From Oligoflexales bacterium (GTDB taxonomy: Bacteria > Bdellovibrionota_B > Oligoflexia > Oligoflexales > CAIYRB01), in NCBI GenBank assembly GCA_041736175.1, contig JBGSUI010000191.1, forward strand, positions 62,714-126,713: a DNA stretch of 64,000 nt. The letters are read 5' to 3'. Below are positions 36,403 through 46,600 of the stretch, one piece after another. The notes under the pieces are model-generated. The model had not been told where the DNA came from. It worked only from the letters and a program-made list of their open reading frames with translations, and searched no databases. The first letter of the stretch is position 1; each line of letters starts with the position of its first letter. A program made the translations under genes and the position numbers.

Positions 36403-36448
36403 TCTCACCTAGTGAGACCTTGTATTATCAGTATCTTAGGCTATGACC

Positions 36449-36516
36449 GCTAGGTCTTCCCTCTCAGAGACTACAATCAATTTGTAGCGATGGAGGCGAA
36501 GACCTAGCTTCTCTTT
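36449..36516. other. Extended hairpin (terminator or structured RNA)
   Basis: GCTAGGTCTTC...GAAGACCTAGC perfect 11-bp stem enclosing CCTC/GAGG and CTACAA/TTGTAG inner stems, followed by TTCTCTTT. Confidence 0.6.
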
Positions 36517-36537
36517 ATTAGGCTAGTCCTCCATTCA

Positions 36538-37623
36538 TCATAAGAGGTCCTTGCGTTGGTGAGACTCCAACCATCCCACGATCTCCTTGACGTCCTGGGA
36601 ACGGCTTTTAGGGCACACTAAAATAGCTCCACCCGCAGCAACAATCACCATATCCTGAACCCCTAGGGCCGCCACAAAGGGACCATCCGAATCGATCGTC
36701 GTCGACCGGGAGTCCAAAAAGCAGCCCTGTCCAAAGATTAAATTCCCTTGGTTGTCCGTGGGAAAGGCGATCTCTAGGGCAGACCAGCTACCAATATCCT
36801 GCCAGCCGATATCGGCCTTTACGACCGAGACCTTGCGACTGGTTTCAAGGACGGCATGATCGATGGAGATCTTGGGGAGCTTGCCGTAGGATTCATGCAG
36901 GATCTGATAAGGAATATCATGAAACCGATGGTGTTTTGCATAGAGTAGCTCCATCGACTCGAGAGGTGCTTTTAGGGACCAGCGTAGTTCCTCAAGGAGC
37001 CTGGACACCTGCCAGACAAAAAGTCCTGAATTCCATAGAAACCGTCCGGTTTCGATAAAGTTTTGAGCTGTGGCCCGATCGGGTTTTTCGCGAAAGCTCG
37101 CGACTCTATAGCCTTGGGTGATCGTAGGGTGAGAGGCCCCCAGCTCGATATACCCATAGCCAGTCTCTGGGTAATCAGGTTTGATGCCGAGGAGTGTGAG
37201 TTGGCCTTCTTCGGCGAGCTTGATCCCTCGGAGGAGGGACTCCCTAAAGGCGGGCTCATCTTTGATAAAGTGGTCCGCATGGAGTGACACCATCACGGGG
37301 GGAGTGGATCCTTGGTGCATTTCCTGGATCTCCAGGGCTGCCACCATCAAGGCCGGAGCCGTATTTCTTGCAGCAGGCTCCCCTAGAATCCTTGCACACT
37401 GGGACTTGACGATGGCCTCGGTGCCAGGGACTTGGTCCTTATGGGTGACTACAAGGCGCCTCGATGTGGGGATCCAACCATCCAGACGCGCAAGGGTTTT
37501 TTCAATCATCGTCTGGGAGTCCAAACCAATATTGCAAAGTTGTTTAGGCCGTAGGTGTCGCGATTTCGGCCAAAATCGGGTTCCGCTTCCACCTGCAAGA
37601 ATGACTGCATAAACATGATCCAT
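36538..37623 (-). CDS. manC: Mannose-1-phosphate guanylyltransferase (no cupin isomerase domain)
   Basis: ILAGGSGTRFWP.SR...PKQ, EP.ARNTAPA, ADH, ETGYGYI, FREKP, WNSG, SIDHAVLE, WQDIGSW; GGAG RBS before ATG 37623. Confidence 0.93.
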   Translation of the reverse strand: MDHVYAVILAGGSGTRFWPKSRHLRPKQLCNIGLDSQTMIEKTLARLDGWIPTSRRLVVTHKDQVPGTEAIVKSQCARILGEPAARNTAPALMVAALEIQEMHQGSTPPVMVSLHADHFIKDEPAFRESLLRGIKLAEEGQLTLLGIKPDYPETGYGYIELGASHPTITQGYRVASFREKPDRATAQNFIETGRFLWNSGLFVWQVSRLLEELRWSLKAPLESMELLYAKHHRFHDIPYQILHESYGKLPKISIDHAVLETSRKVSVVKADIGWQDIGSWSALEIAFPTDNQGNLIFGQGCFLDSRSTTIDSDGPFVAALGVQDMVIVAAGGAILVCPKSRSQDVKEIVGWLESHQRKDLL

Positions 37624-37707
37624 CCGGGAGTCTCCACGTTTAATCAAATGAGGACGACCTCAATATTATGCCTTTATTACAAAGATCCTCCAATCGATGT
37701 CTTTACG

Positions 37708-39141
37708 TTAAAGACCAAGCCGGTTAAAAATCCTATAGGGCAAAGGGTCACCTTTAAGGAGGGTCTGGTATCCAAAAAATCCCATGGCTCTCAGATAGCT
37801 AGGGGCCATTCCATCATTCATAAGGGCTCGTGCGATTTCGGCACCATAGGTGCGTAGCACTCCGGCCTCCCGGGGATTGACGGGCCCCAGCATCACAAAA
37901 CTCTCGCTATAGAGGGAGGTGAGATACCACAGACTGTAGGGAAAGAGCGGGGTTTTGTTTTGTTTTATGGAAAACTGCTGCCAAGTCAAAATCACACTCT
38001 CTAAATGTCCCGAGGTAGGGAGTTTAAGCCATTTTTCTTGGACCGGTTGGGTCCCAGTTTTTTTAAGTACATAGGGTGATCCCAGATTTATCTTTTCAGA
38101 CAGCGGATTTTGGGTCACCGTGGACTTGACTTGGCTCCCGCGCCTCCCGATGATCCTTTTAGGTTCGACGCCTACATCGAATTCATAGAGATTTTCTTGT
38201 GCAAAGAAAAACTCCGGATCAAGGCTAAATCCAATCTTGGGGAGGATATAGGCATAAATCCTCTGCTGCATCCCATCGAAACCAGCAAGGGAGAGCCAAA
38301 ATCCCCGTTCCACGCGGTCATTGAGGGGGACGAGCTGGTTTTGGTCCAGAGCCTGCTCTAGGCGGGCCTCCCGCATCAGGTCCGTCGCCGTGTCCCTTGC
38401 GAGATCCCAAAGATAGAGTCCGTCCCGGTGCCTGAGGCTTTCCGTGCCTGTGTAGGCAATCTTATTGGCGTCTGTCCAGTAGAACTCTTCGACCCTTTCA
38501 TGGGTGGCGATCATCACAAGGTCGGGAATGGTGCGATGCCTCACCAGCAACAAACGCTTGTGGTCCAGTTTGTTGACAAAGAGCCTGGCCGTCCACGACC
38601 CGTCCGGGCTGTCGATACCGAGGAGGGCGGCAGCTCGGTAAAAGTGGGGTGATTGGTTTGGGTTTGCCAGGTACACACTTCCACCCCGAGGGAGGGGGCC
38701 CCAACGCATCAGTCCAATGTCTTTTTCTGAATTTAAAGTGTTTTGGACCCCGTCTTCCCCAAAGGACCTTAAGAGATAGTTGGACTCGGAGAGTTTTACG
38801 TAGTCGATCCGTTGGCCAAAACCATCAAAAAGTCTAATGAATTGACCCTGGAGGAGGCGAGACTGACGGATCTGGGAGAGGTTAGTCGGCAGGGATTTAG
38901 TGGTCTCCTTATATTGAAGAAGGGCAGCACTCAATTGGTTTAAGGTCCCGAGGGTCTCACGCACGGGATTGAGGGGCGGGCAAAAAGGGGGGGTTAGCCC
39001 CACCCATAGAATCAGCAAAGCCCAGGGTATCAACAAGGCTCCGGAGAGTTTGGGTTTTTGTGGAGTCTTCAGGACTCTTCGCCCCCCTGTTTCTTCGGGA
39101 ATCGGATCATTGAATTTCGGGGACTTAGCGGAGCTATGCAT
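37708..39141 (-). CDS. Hypothetical membrane-anchored protein: GspG-like pseudopilin head plus propeller-like region
   Basis: TM helix, then L..AL..Y......P..L, DGFGQ.I.Y and YLLRSFGEDG..NT...DI; later SPDGSW, FYWTD and GLYLWDL. Confidence 0.65.
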   Translation of the reverse strand: MHSSAKSPKFNDPIPEETGGRRVLKTPQKPKLSGALLIPWALLILWVGLTPPFCPPLNPVRETLGTLNQLSAALLQYKETTKSLPTNLSQIRQSRLLQGQFIRLFDGFGQRIDYVKLSESNYLLRSFGEDGVQNTLNSEKDIGLMRWGPLPRGGSVYLANPNQSPHFYRAAALLGIDSPDGSWTARLFVNKLDHKRLLLVRHRTIPDLVMIATHERVEEFYWTDANKIAYTGTESLRHRDGLYLWDLARDTATDLMREARLEQALDQNQLVPLNDRVERGFWLSLAGFDGMQQRIYAYILPKIGFSLDPEFFFAQENLYEFDVGVEPKRIIGRRGSQVKSTVTQNPLSEKINLGSPYVLKKTGTQPVQEKWLKLPTSGHLESVILTWQQFSIKQNKTPLFPYSLWYLTSLYSESFVMLGPVNPREAGVLRTYGAEIARALMNDGMAPSYLRAMGFFGYQTLLKGDPLPYRIFNRLGL

Positions 39142-39282
39142 TTGATGATTCTACCATGACTTGTCGGTATAAATTGAGGTATCATAGAATGGTCTCTTAA
39201 GTCGAATCGACCCCTGCTACCCTGTCTCCTGCTTACCACTTATAAACTTAAAATAACGAAATCAATAAACACGAGAGGGCCT

Positions 39283-39924
39283 ATGAAGATTCAATTCATG
39301 ACGGCAAGGGCTATTGGAATAGTTCTCTTGCTAAACTCTTGGTCGTTTAAGGCCCAGGGGCAGGAGACCGCCCCTACGGAGACAGCTCCCCCTCCCGTTG
39401 CAGCCAAAAAACCCCCTACCAATGGATTTCTGACCCACAAAGAGGTCACTGAACTGGCCCAGCCGCGGGTGCGGATCGGGCTTAGACTCACATCGTTTAT
39501 CAAAAAACCAACTTTGGATCCCCAAGGGCGCACGGTGGAAACCTATGTCACCCGCGAGCCCCTGAGACACACCCTGAGGTCCCGGCTCAATAAGGTAAAC
39601 CATTTTTACCTTGGCCCTTGGCACGTCGAGACGACCCCGTTGAAGTGGATTAAGGAGACGCGGCGCTACGAGATTCGCCTGTCCCTCTATCGCCGCTATG
39701 GGGCCTATGACCTCCTGGAAGAGCTGGTGGGCCATGTTGATCTGGCTGGGGTTCTCGAAAAGCAGGAGGAGTCCATCTATGTCCTTAAGGGTGTGGCCCG
39801 CCAGCGGATCCGGGACAAATTTGGTTTTCCCCTGCTTGATGTTGTGGCGGGCTATGACCCTGAGGGTGTAATCTCATCGAGCGTGGTTAAACCTTCTCAA
39901 AAAAGTTCCTCCGGGAAGGGATAA
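39283..39924 (+). CDS. Hypothetical secreted protein
   Basis: GAGAGG RBS; signal peptide ending AQG; 213 aa. Confidence 0.75.
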   Translation: MKIQFMTARAIGIVLLLNSWSFKAQGQETAPTETAPPPVAAKKPPTNGFLTHKEVTELAQPRVRIGLRLTSFIKKPTLDPQGRTVETYVTREPLRHTLRSRLNKVNHFYLGPWHVETTPLKWIKETRRYEIRLSLYRRYGAYDLLEELVGHVDLAGVLEKQEESIYVLKGVARQRIRDKFGFPLLDVVAGYDPEGVISSSVVKPSQKSSSGKG

Positions 39925-39967
39925 GACCGAAGTCACAACAGGTGGGGGCTTAAGGGCACGATATACC

Positions 39968-40735
39968 ATGGGTCAGGTCAAGAGTTGGTTTCGTCTTGTG
40001 GGCTTAGGGATGATGGTGGCGAGCAGCTCTGCTTGTTTGGTGGAGACTCCAGACGGACAAGGGCGCCATATGGAAAAAGGCCAGTCCCAAGAGGCTGAGA
40101 GGGCTCGAGATCCTAGCCCAAGGGGGACGACCCAGGCCGGGCCAGGGCTCTGCCAGTATGGGATCGGTCGCGGGTGTTTTGATGGGTATGTGGGATTTAA
40201 AAAAGATTTTTTTGTCGGTGGCCAAAGCTTTTTTAATGCCGACGATTTTGCAGAGAGTTTTGCGGAGCTGTTGCAAGTCAAGGGTCCCGAAGGAATCTTG
40301 CTTAAGCCTGCTCAGGACTATCAAGTGACTTTTTTAACACCCGTCGACCAAAGGACTTTTGTCGGAGGTTTTGAATACGAGCTTTCCGGAGAACTGCAGC
40401 GGAGTGGCAAGATCTCTGAGTCTGGCTCCTTTAGTGTGAGCGATCTCTTAGACGGAACCTATGAGTTGAGAATTCAAAGACCTATTCGGTTTTTACTGGT
40501 CAAAAATCTACCCATCACCCCAGCGAACCCGACAGAAACTAAGGCTCCCGCAGCCGACACGTCTGCGCCCCAGACCGAAGTGGCCACCAAAGGCTACTGC
40601 GCGACTCTCTATCAGAACACAGAGGTTAATATTCGCAAAGGATTTCGGACCTACGAACGATTAAACGACTTTAAACTCCACCTCTCTGATCGGGAGTGTG
40701 ATCTCAAGAAACACCAGGTCACCTTGAGTTTCTAA
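39968..40735 (+). CDS. Hypothetical lipoprotein
   Basis: SSAC lipobox; Cys pairs; GSFSVSDLLDGTYELRI carboxypeptidase-regulatory-like strand. Confidence 0.75.
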   Translation: MGQVKSWFRLVGLGMMVASSSACLVETPDGQGRHMEKGQSQEAERARDPSPRGTTQAGPGLCQYGIGRGCFDGYVGFKKDFFVGGQSFFNADDFAESFAELLQVKGPEGILLKPAQDYQVTFLTPVDQRTFVGGFEYELSGELQRSGKISESGSFSVSDLLDGTYELRIQRPIRFLLVKNLPITPANPTETKAPAADTSAPQTEVATKGYCATLYQNTEVNIRKGFRTYERLNDFKLHLSDRECDLKKHQVTLSF

Positions 40736-40797
40736 CGACTAAAGGCATGCAGCCCTGACCAAGTCTGAATACCAGCTCTTGTTTAAATGTCATCCAC

Positions 40798-40823
40798 GCT
40801 CCCCTCAACGAAGGGGGGCTTTT
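40798..40823 (+). terminator. Probable intrinsic terminator
   Basis: GCTCCCCT-CAACGA-AGGGGGGC-TTTT. Confidence 0.55.
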
Positions 40824-40839
40824 ATAGAGGGGATTTTTA

Positions 40840-41328
40840 ATGACACAACCTGTCTACACAATCATGTGCGTTGACGACGAGCGCGAGGTCTTAACCGCCG
40901 TCGAGAAGGATCTGGAAGTCTTTGCTGACCACGGCTTTACCGTGGAGCCCTGCAGCTCCGTCACCGAAGCTCGCTCCGTGCTGGAGGCTATGGAGCCAGG
41001 GCAGCTAGCGCTTATTTTTTGTGATCATTTGATGCCAGGGGTGCGAGGAGTGGATTTTTTGATCGAACTCGCCCAAAACCCGGCGACGAGCCGGTCCAAA
41101 AAAGTTCTCCTAACCGGCCAAGCCGGCCAAAAAGAGACGATCCAAGCGATCAACCTAGCCCATATCGATCAATACATTCCAAAACCCTGGTCGGGGGAAG
41201 GCTTAAGGTCAACAGCAAAGACGTTACTCACGGACTACATCATTGCCGTCGACGAAAATCCTGAGCGGTTTGGTCCGGTTCTAGATTTTGGAAAAATCAT
41301 GGAGGCGATTCATGAACGCAACCTCTAA
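40840..41328 (+). CDS. Single-domain response regulator
   Basis: VDDE, phosphoacceptor CDHLMP, LLTG, KPW. Confidence 0.92.
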   Translation: MTQPVYTIMCVDDEREVLTAVEKDLEVFADHGFTVEPCSSVTEARSVLEAMEPGQLALIFCDHLMPGVRGVDFLIELAQNPATSRSKKVLLTGQAGQKETIQAINLAHIDQYIPKPWSGEGLRSTAKTLLTDYIIAVDENPERFGPVLDFGKIMEAIHERNL

Positions 41329-42748
41329 AACCGCTACAAAGGGATTTTGGTCTGAAGTTAGCTGGTGGCGCCTTGTGATCATGGTCCTGCCCCTGGTGGT
41401 TTGGGCACTGCCACTTACCATTTGGTCGTTTCCTATGACTGTGGTGGAACACCGCATGCTTGCGATTTTGCTCTTCGCCATCGTCTTTTGGGTCCTTGAG
41501 CCGATCCCGCTGTTTGCCACGTCCATGGCACTGATCCTTTTACTGATCTTAACCATTTCGGATGGGGCCCTGCTGCCTCTACGGACCAGTCAGCCCAACC
41601 TCGGATCCCTGGTCCACTATACTGAGTTTCTACATACTCTTGCGGCCCCAGCGGTGATGCTCTTTATCGGAGGGTTTTTCCTGGCAGGCGCTGCAAGTAA
41701 ATACTCCCTTGATCGCAACTTGGCGCGGATCCTCGTCAAGCCCCTAGGCCAAAATTCGTCGATGGTCCTCTTGGGGATTATGGGGGTCACCTGTTTCTTT
41801 TCTTTTTGGATGGCTAATACCGCGACGACCGCCATGATGCTCTCCATCGCTGCACCGATTGTTGCCCTCTATGCCATGGATGACCCTGGACGGGTCGCGC
41901 TTCTCCTCGGGATACCGATCGCCTCCAGTCTCGGTGGGATCGCCACCCCCGTCGGGACCGCGATGAATGCGATCGGACTCCGGTATATGCCCGAGTCCCA
42001 GACCATCAGCTTTCTTCAGTGGTGTGCCCTATCGGTTCCTTTTAGCATGATCATGTTGGTGGCCTCTTGGGCAGCTCTGGTCAGATTTTTTCCATCCCGG
42101 CAAAAGCAGATCGAGATCAACCTTTCCGGTAAATTCGACCAGTCAGGCCATGCAAAAATTGTTTACTGGGTTTTTCCCCTGACCATTGTACTCTGGCTGA
42201 CCTCCACCTTTCATGGGATCAATATCTACACCGTAGCCCTACTTCCTGTGGTGGTGTTTTTAAGTACCGGGGTGATCACTAAAAACGACATGAAAAAGAT
42301 GAGCTGGGATGTCTTGTGGCTGATTGCCGGCGGTTTTGCCCTCGGTGCAGGTCTGGAGGGCTCGGGTTTGATCAAGACTCTTGTCAAGGTGGTGCCTTTC
42401 CACGAGTTTAATGCGGTCACGGTTTTGATTTTTGGCGGCCTCGTCACCATGGGTGTGGCCACGGTGATGTCCCACCTGGCCAGTGCTAACCTTTTGATAC
42501 CCGTGATGGCGGCCGTTGCCCCCCAGATTCAAGGGCTTGGCAACATCGGTGGGGTCCCCACGCTGATCTATGTGATTGCGGTCAACTGCTCTCTCGGAAT
42601 GGCCTTGCCTATCAGTACCCCCTGTAACGCCCTAGCCTTTGCGGCGGGTGGTATCACCAACAAACAGATGATGAAGGCTGGAAGCTTTGTAAGCATCGTC
42701 GGCTTTATCTTACTGATCATAGCAGCCCTCTTTTTTAGGACTTGGTAA
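41312..42748 (+). CDS. SLC13/DASS family anion transporter
   Basis: EPIP, SFWMANTATTAMM, GGIATPVGT, WDVLWLIAGG, LPISTPCNA; GGAGG RBS before ATG 41312, overlapping the regulator gene. Confidence 0.92.
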   Translation: MNATSKTATKGFWSEVSWWRLVIMVLPLVVWALPLTIWSFPMTVVEHRMLAILLFAIVFWVLEPIPLFATSMALILLLILTISDGALLPLRTSQPNLGSLVHYTEFLHTLAAPAVMLFIGGFFLAGAASKYSLDRNLARILVKPLGQNSSMVLLGIMGVTCFFSFWMANTATTAMMLSIAAPIVALYAMDDPGRVALLLGIPIASSLGGIATPVGTAMNAIGLRYMPESQTISFLQWCALSVPFSMIMLVASWAALVRFFPSRQKQIEINLSGKFDQSGHAKIVYWVFPLTIVLWLTSTFHGINIYTVALLPVVVFLSTGVITKNDMKKMSWDVLWLIAGGFALGAGLEGSGLIKTLVKVVPFHEFNAVTVLIFGGLVTMGVATVMSHLASANLLIPVMAAVAPQIQGLGNIGGVPTLIYVIAVNCSLGMALPISTPCNALAFAAGGITNKQMMKAGSFVSIVGFILLIIAALFFRTW

Positions 42749-42777
42749 CCGAGGCCTTCAAAGGTTACAAAAAGCCT

Positions 42778-43593
42778 CTAGGTCCACTGCTCGCCAAAAA
42801 GGTCGCAATAGTTCCTATAAACCTGATCCCTGGCCTCCTCCGTGGTGATACCCCGGAGGGTGGCCATCAGCGCGACAGTGCCGACGACAGTGGCTGGTTC
42901 GTTGCGCTGGCCCCGTTGGGGGCTAAGGTAGGGAGCATCGGTTTCTGTTAGTATCTTCTCTATCGGCAAGATTTTAAGCATTTTTTGAAAGGACTCGGAG
43001 ACGGTCGCGTTTGCTGGGATGGAAAACCAGTAGCCCTGTTTTTCTGCGGCTTCCAGAGCCCACTGGGTCCGTCCACAGTAGCAGTGGAGGTTGGCTTTTT
43101 CGACCCCGAGGGATTTCAGGATTTCGAAGGTTCTTTTTTCTAGTTTTCGCGAGTGGATAATCGCAGGGATCTTGTAGGTTTTAGCGATGTCTAAGAGCTC
43201 CTCAAAGACCTGTTCCTGGGCAGGTGCGGTGGAGGAATCCAGCCAATATCCGTCAAGTCCGCACTCCCCGACACCAGCGATCAGGCCCTGCGCTGCGCAG
43301 TCGCGGATAAAGGCGATTTCGGACTTGACATCGAAAGGTCTCACCTCAAGGGGAAAGCCGTCGGGTAGGAATGGATGGACAGCATCGACGGGATAGATGC
43401 CGAGAGCGGGTTTGATCATAGGGTTTTGGACCGCTAAATCTAAAATCATTTTGTTAGACAGGGGCTCAAGCCCATTGACCACAATCGCTGATAGTCCTGC
43501 TGCTGTCGCTCTTTCCAGCACCGCTGGCAAGTCGTCACGGAATTTCTCATGGGTTAAATGGGTATGGACGTCCACATAGCTGCTGGCACTCAC
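42778..43593 (-). CDS. tatD: TatD family metallo-hydrolase/DNase
   Basis: DVHTH, GECGLD, IHSR, HCY, ETDAPY, RNEP; start placed at GTG 43593 after GAGG. Confidence 0.92.
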   Translation of the reverse strand: MSASSYVDVHTHLTHEKFRDDLPAVLERATAAGLSAIVVNGLEPLSNKMILDLAVQNPMIKPALGIYPVDAVHPFLPDGFPLEVRPFDVKSEIAFIRDCAAQGLIAGVGECGLDGYWLDSSTAPAQEQVFEELLDIAKTYKIPAIIHSRKLEKRTFEILKSLGVEKANLHCYCGRTQWALEAAEKQGYWFSIPANATVSESFQKMLKILPIEKILTETDAPYLSPQRGQRNEPATVVGTVALMATLRGITTEEARDQVYRNYCDLFGEQWT

Positions 43594-43672
43594 GGTAGAC
43601 CTCACAGGGTTAGATCTCAAGGCCCATGACCATATCATAAGTGGGGATCAGCGGCTAGAAATGGCAGAATTT

Positions 43673-46600
43673 TTAGTGGGCCTTGACGTCGTCTGCAGTG
43701 GATTTCTGCTCGCTCACAGGAACGGGAGGTGTTTTCAAAGGGGGTGCTGCAGCTTCTGCGATAGGCTCCTTGAGGTCGGCTTTGGCCACCACGAGGGCAG
43801 AGGGTAGGGGGATCACCAGGTCACCAAAGGTTTGTTTTAGAACCCGGACTTTGTTTTTTTGGGCCAGATTGATCAGATCCCCGAGTTCCTGGGCCACCCG
43901 AGGGGCCGTGGTTTCGGCGGTTTCTAGGTAGATAACGATAGGCACAATCAGGTTTTTAGTTGCAACCGCGCCGCTCCCAGAACTCCCGTCACTGGGGGTG
44001 GATGGCCATTGTAACAGCGCTTTTTCCAGATGCTGGACCAGGGTCCCGAAGGGTTGATGATCGACGCCTCCCAGGGACTGAGGGTACTGATAAAGACGCC
44101 CATTGGCCGTCGTGCGGAAAAACGGGCTGGTCATTGGGGTTACCTGGGACCAAAGGTCCTTGACCCACTCATAAACAGGATAATAGCTAAACTGCTTTTC
44201 AAGCACCTCTGGTGGCACCGGAGAAAAATCATAGGTAAGACCATGTTTGGTGGCTAGATCGGATAGGGCACCGGAGGCAACCCAGCCGGTGACCACCATG
44301 GCCTTTGGGCGACCTAGGACTTTGGTTTCCATGGTTTTTAGGGCAAAATCCATGATTTTTTGCAGGTCAGCTTCGGGATATACATGGAGAGGTATATCAC
44401 CCCCACAGTCCACCCGGCATTCTCCCAGGGTTAGACTAGAGCCCCAAAAGGTAGGCGAAGACCGAAAGATGACTCCTGCCTGGGTCACTAAAGACTTCCA
44501 ACCACCCAGATTGAGCCCGTAATAGTCATTGGGTCTGACCAGTCTGCCAAGGATGGCTGCGGTTTCTTGGGTTTCCTTAGAAGATCTGAGAAAATAGGCA
44601 GGGCTGATTAAATGGACGATTTCAAACTGGGGATACTGGGTCCGTAGGGATTCGACCGCTGCAATATCTTCGGGATTGATCGCTCGTCCACCCCATTGGA
44701 CAAGGATCGATAGGGTCACGCTGGCATCCGGTTGGAAAGGACGAGGGGATGTAGCAGAAGCATGGGACTTGGAGGGTTTTGTGTGTGTAGATCCCTTAGG
44801 TGTGACGGGTGCCGGTTTTTCTGCCGCAAACGCCTGGGTTGGCTCTGTCACTCCCCCCATCTCCGCAGCGACGATCAAGATAAAGATTCCTATTTTGATA
44901 GGATGTGACTCAATTGGGCGCAGTCTCCTGGTTAAAAGTCTCAAACTAAACAACATTAAGATTGGCGATCCTAACACCACAAAAAGGCTCCAAGGAGATC
45001 CGCCAGGTGGGAGGGTTCCCCCTGAGATGGTGGAACAGCTAACACCGGTATCCTTTTTTTCCTTTTTTTCAGTCGTCTGGAGGGCTTTAGCCTGATCGCG
45101 GGGAAGCGATCCAGCAGGGCATTCCTTGGTCGGGTCGGTAAATTCACCGAGACCCCGCTCCCCTCCGACAAACTTGATCAGCTCAAAGTATTTGCCAGCA
45201 AACATATCTTTATCGGCAGCATAAAGAGCTCGGATAAATTGACAAAAGCTCGATGTCTCTGCGAACAGCGACACCGCCTTAAGGGTCAAACGGGCCAAAT
45301 CGTCGTTGGAGATCTGGTTTGAGGAGCGCATGTCCCACATCATCCCTGAGATCAACTGGCCATGGAGGTGCCCGAGCTGTTTTGTGCGCGTCCCCGAAAA
45401 GGCCTGCCAGTTGGCGTCATTAAACACCAATCGGTTAGCGGCGCTTCTCAGGCATTTGCCTGGTTGCATACACTGGCCACTGTCTGCCGGACAAATGGTT
45501 TCGCCGAGACAAGGGTCCCCGGTGCGGGCAAAAACAAAATAATCAGATAGACCCTCATGGAGGACGAGAGACTGATCGGACACACTTTTAAGGGTGCGAA
45601 AGATGATATGGTGTCCCATCTCATGGCTGACCACGTCCCCATCGGTCACCAGATTTTGCAACTCCACTCCATCCCCGTCGTCGATCGTGATGGTGGGAGG
45701 AGTATTGGCGGTTTCATCCCCCGGCTCAAAAAGGGCGTTGTTGGCTTTATTCTGTGGTTTGATATGGATTCTGACTTCGAGAGGTTTCGGGCCGTACCAC
45801 TGAAAACCCAGGTTTTGAAACCAGCGTAGGTGATCCTGGGCATTGGCAAAGGCGGTCACCTCTTCGATTTTTCGGTCGGTAGGAGCATAACTAAACACAT
45901 GGGAAGGTTCTTTAGCTTTAGGAAAACCATCGGGGACCACCGTCTTAAGCCACTCGGTGGTGAGGGTTCCATCTCCGACGAGACCAATCAGCGCTCGTTC
46001 AGTCGTGGCGGGGGTTGTTTTGTTGTGGCCATAGGAGGTGGCTTTACCATCTACCGTAAAAAACTGGGGCTCCATCTTGAAAACATCATTATGGTTAGCC
46101 AAAACCTGATAAGGGGCCCCGCCCCAACGGACCAGTTGTCGCCAGACGGGGATCAGGCGCTGGTCTTTGATAAAAAAGCAACGTTCTGGGCGATAAAAGC
46201 TGGCTGCATCGTCTGTGAACTGGTCACTAAAAAGAGAATCTTTGATCCTCTGTTGGGCCGTTTCCAAATCAGGCCAGGAGCCTGAGGTGTCTTGGGTTGC
46301 TAAGAGATCTGGGTCGTATCCATGGACCGTCGGCACGTCTCCAGTAAGAAAACCCGATCCATCAGAAAGAAGATGTGATCTTGCATGAAAATCACAAAGG
46401 GGAACGCCCTTGAGATAAAATCGAAAATCATAGGATTCTCCCCCCGTGTCGAGACCCTGACCCTTGGGTGCAAGACCCAAGGCTGCTCCCGCCGACACCC
46501 GCTGGGTCCTGATTTCGATCAGAGGGTGAACTCCCTGCTCCCGCAAGAAAGATTTGGAACCTTCCCCAAAGCCTTTAAGAGACGACCTCTGGAGGAGTCG

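Noticed and set aside
17189..43593. Functional link between tatC and tatD
   Set aside because: TatD is a nuclease unrelated to Tat export and the genes are about 25 kb apart.
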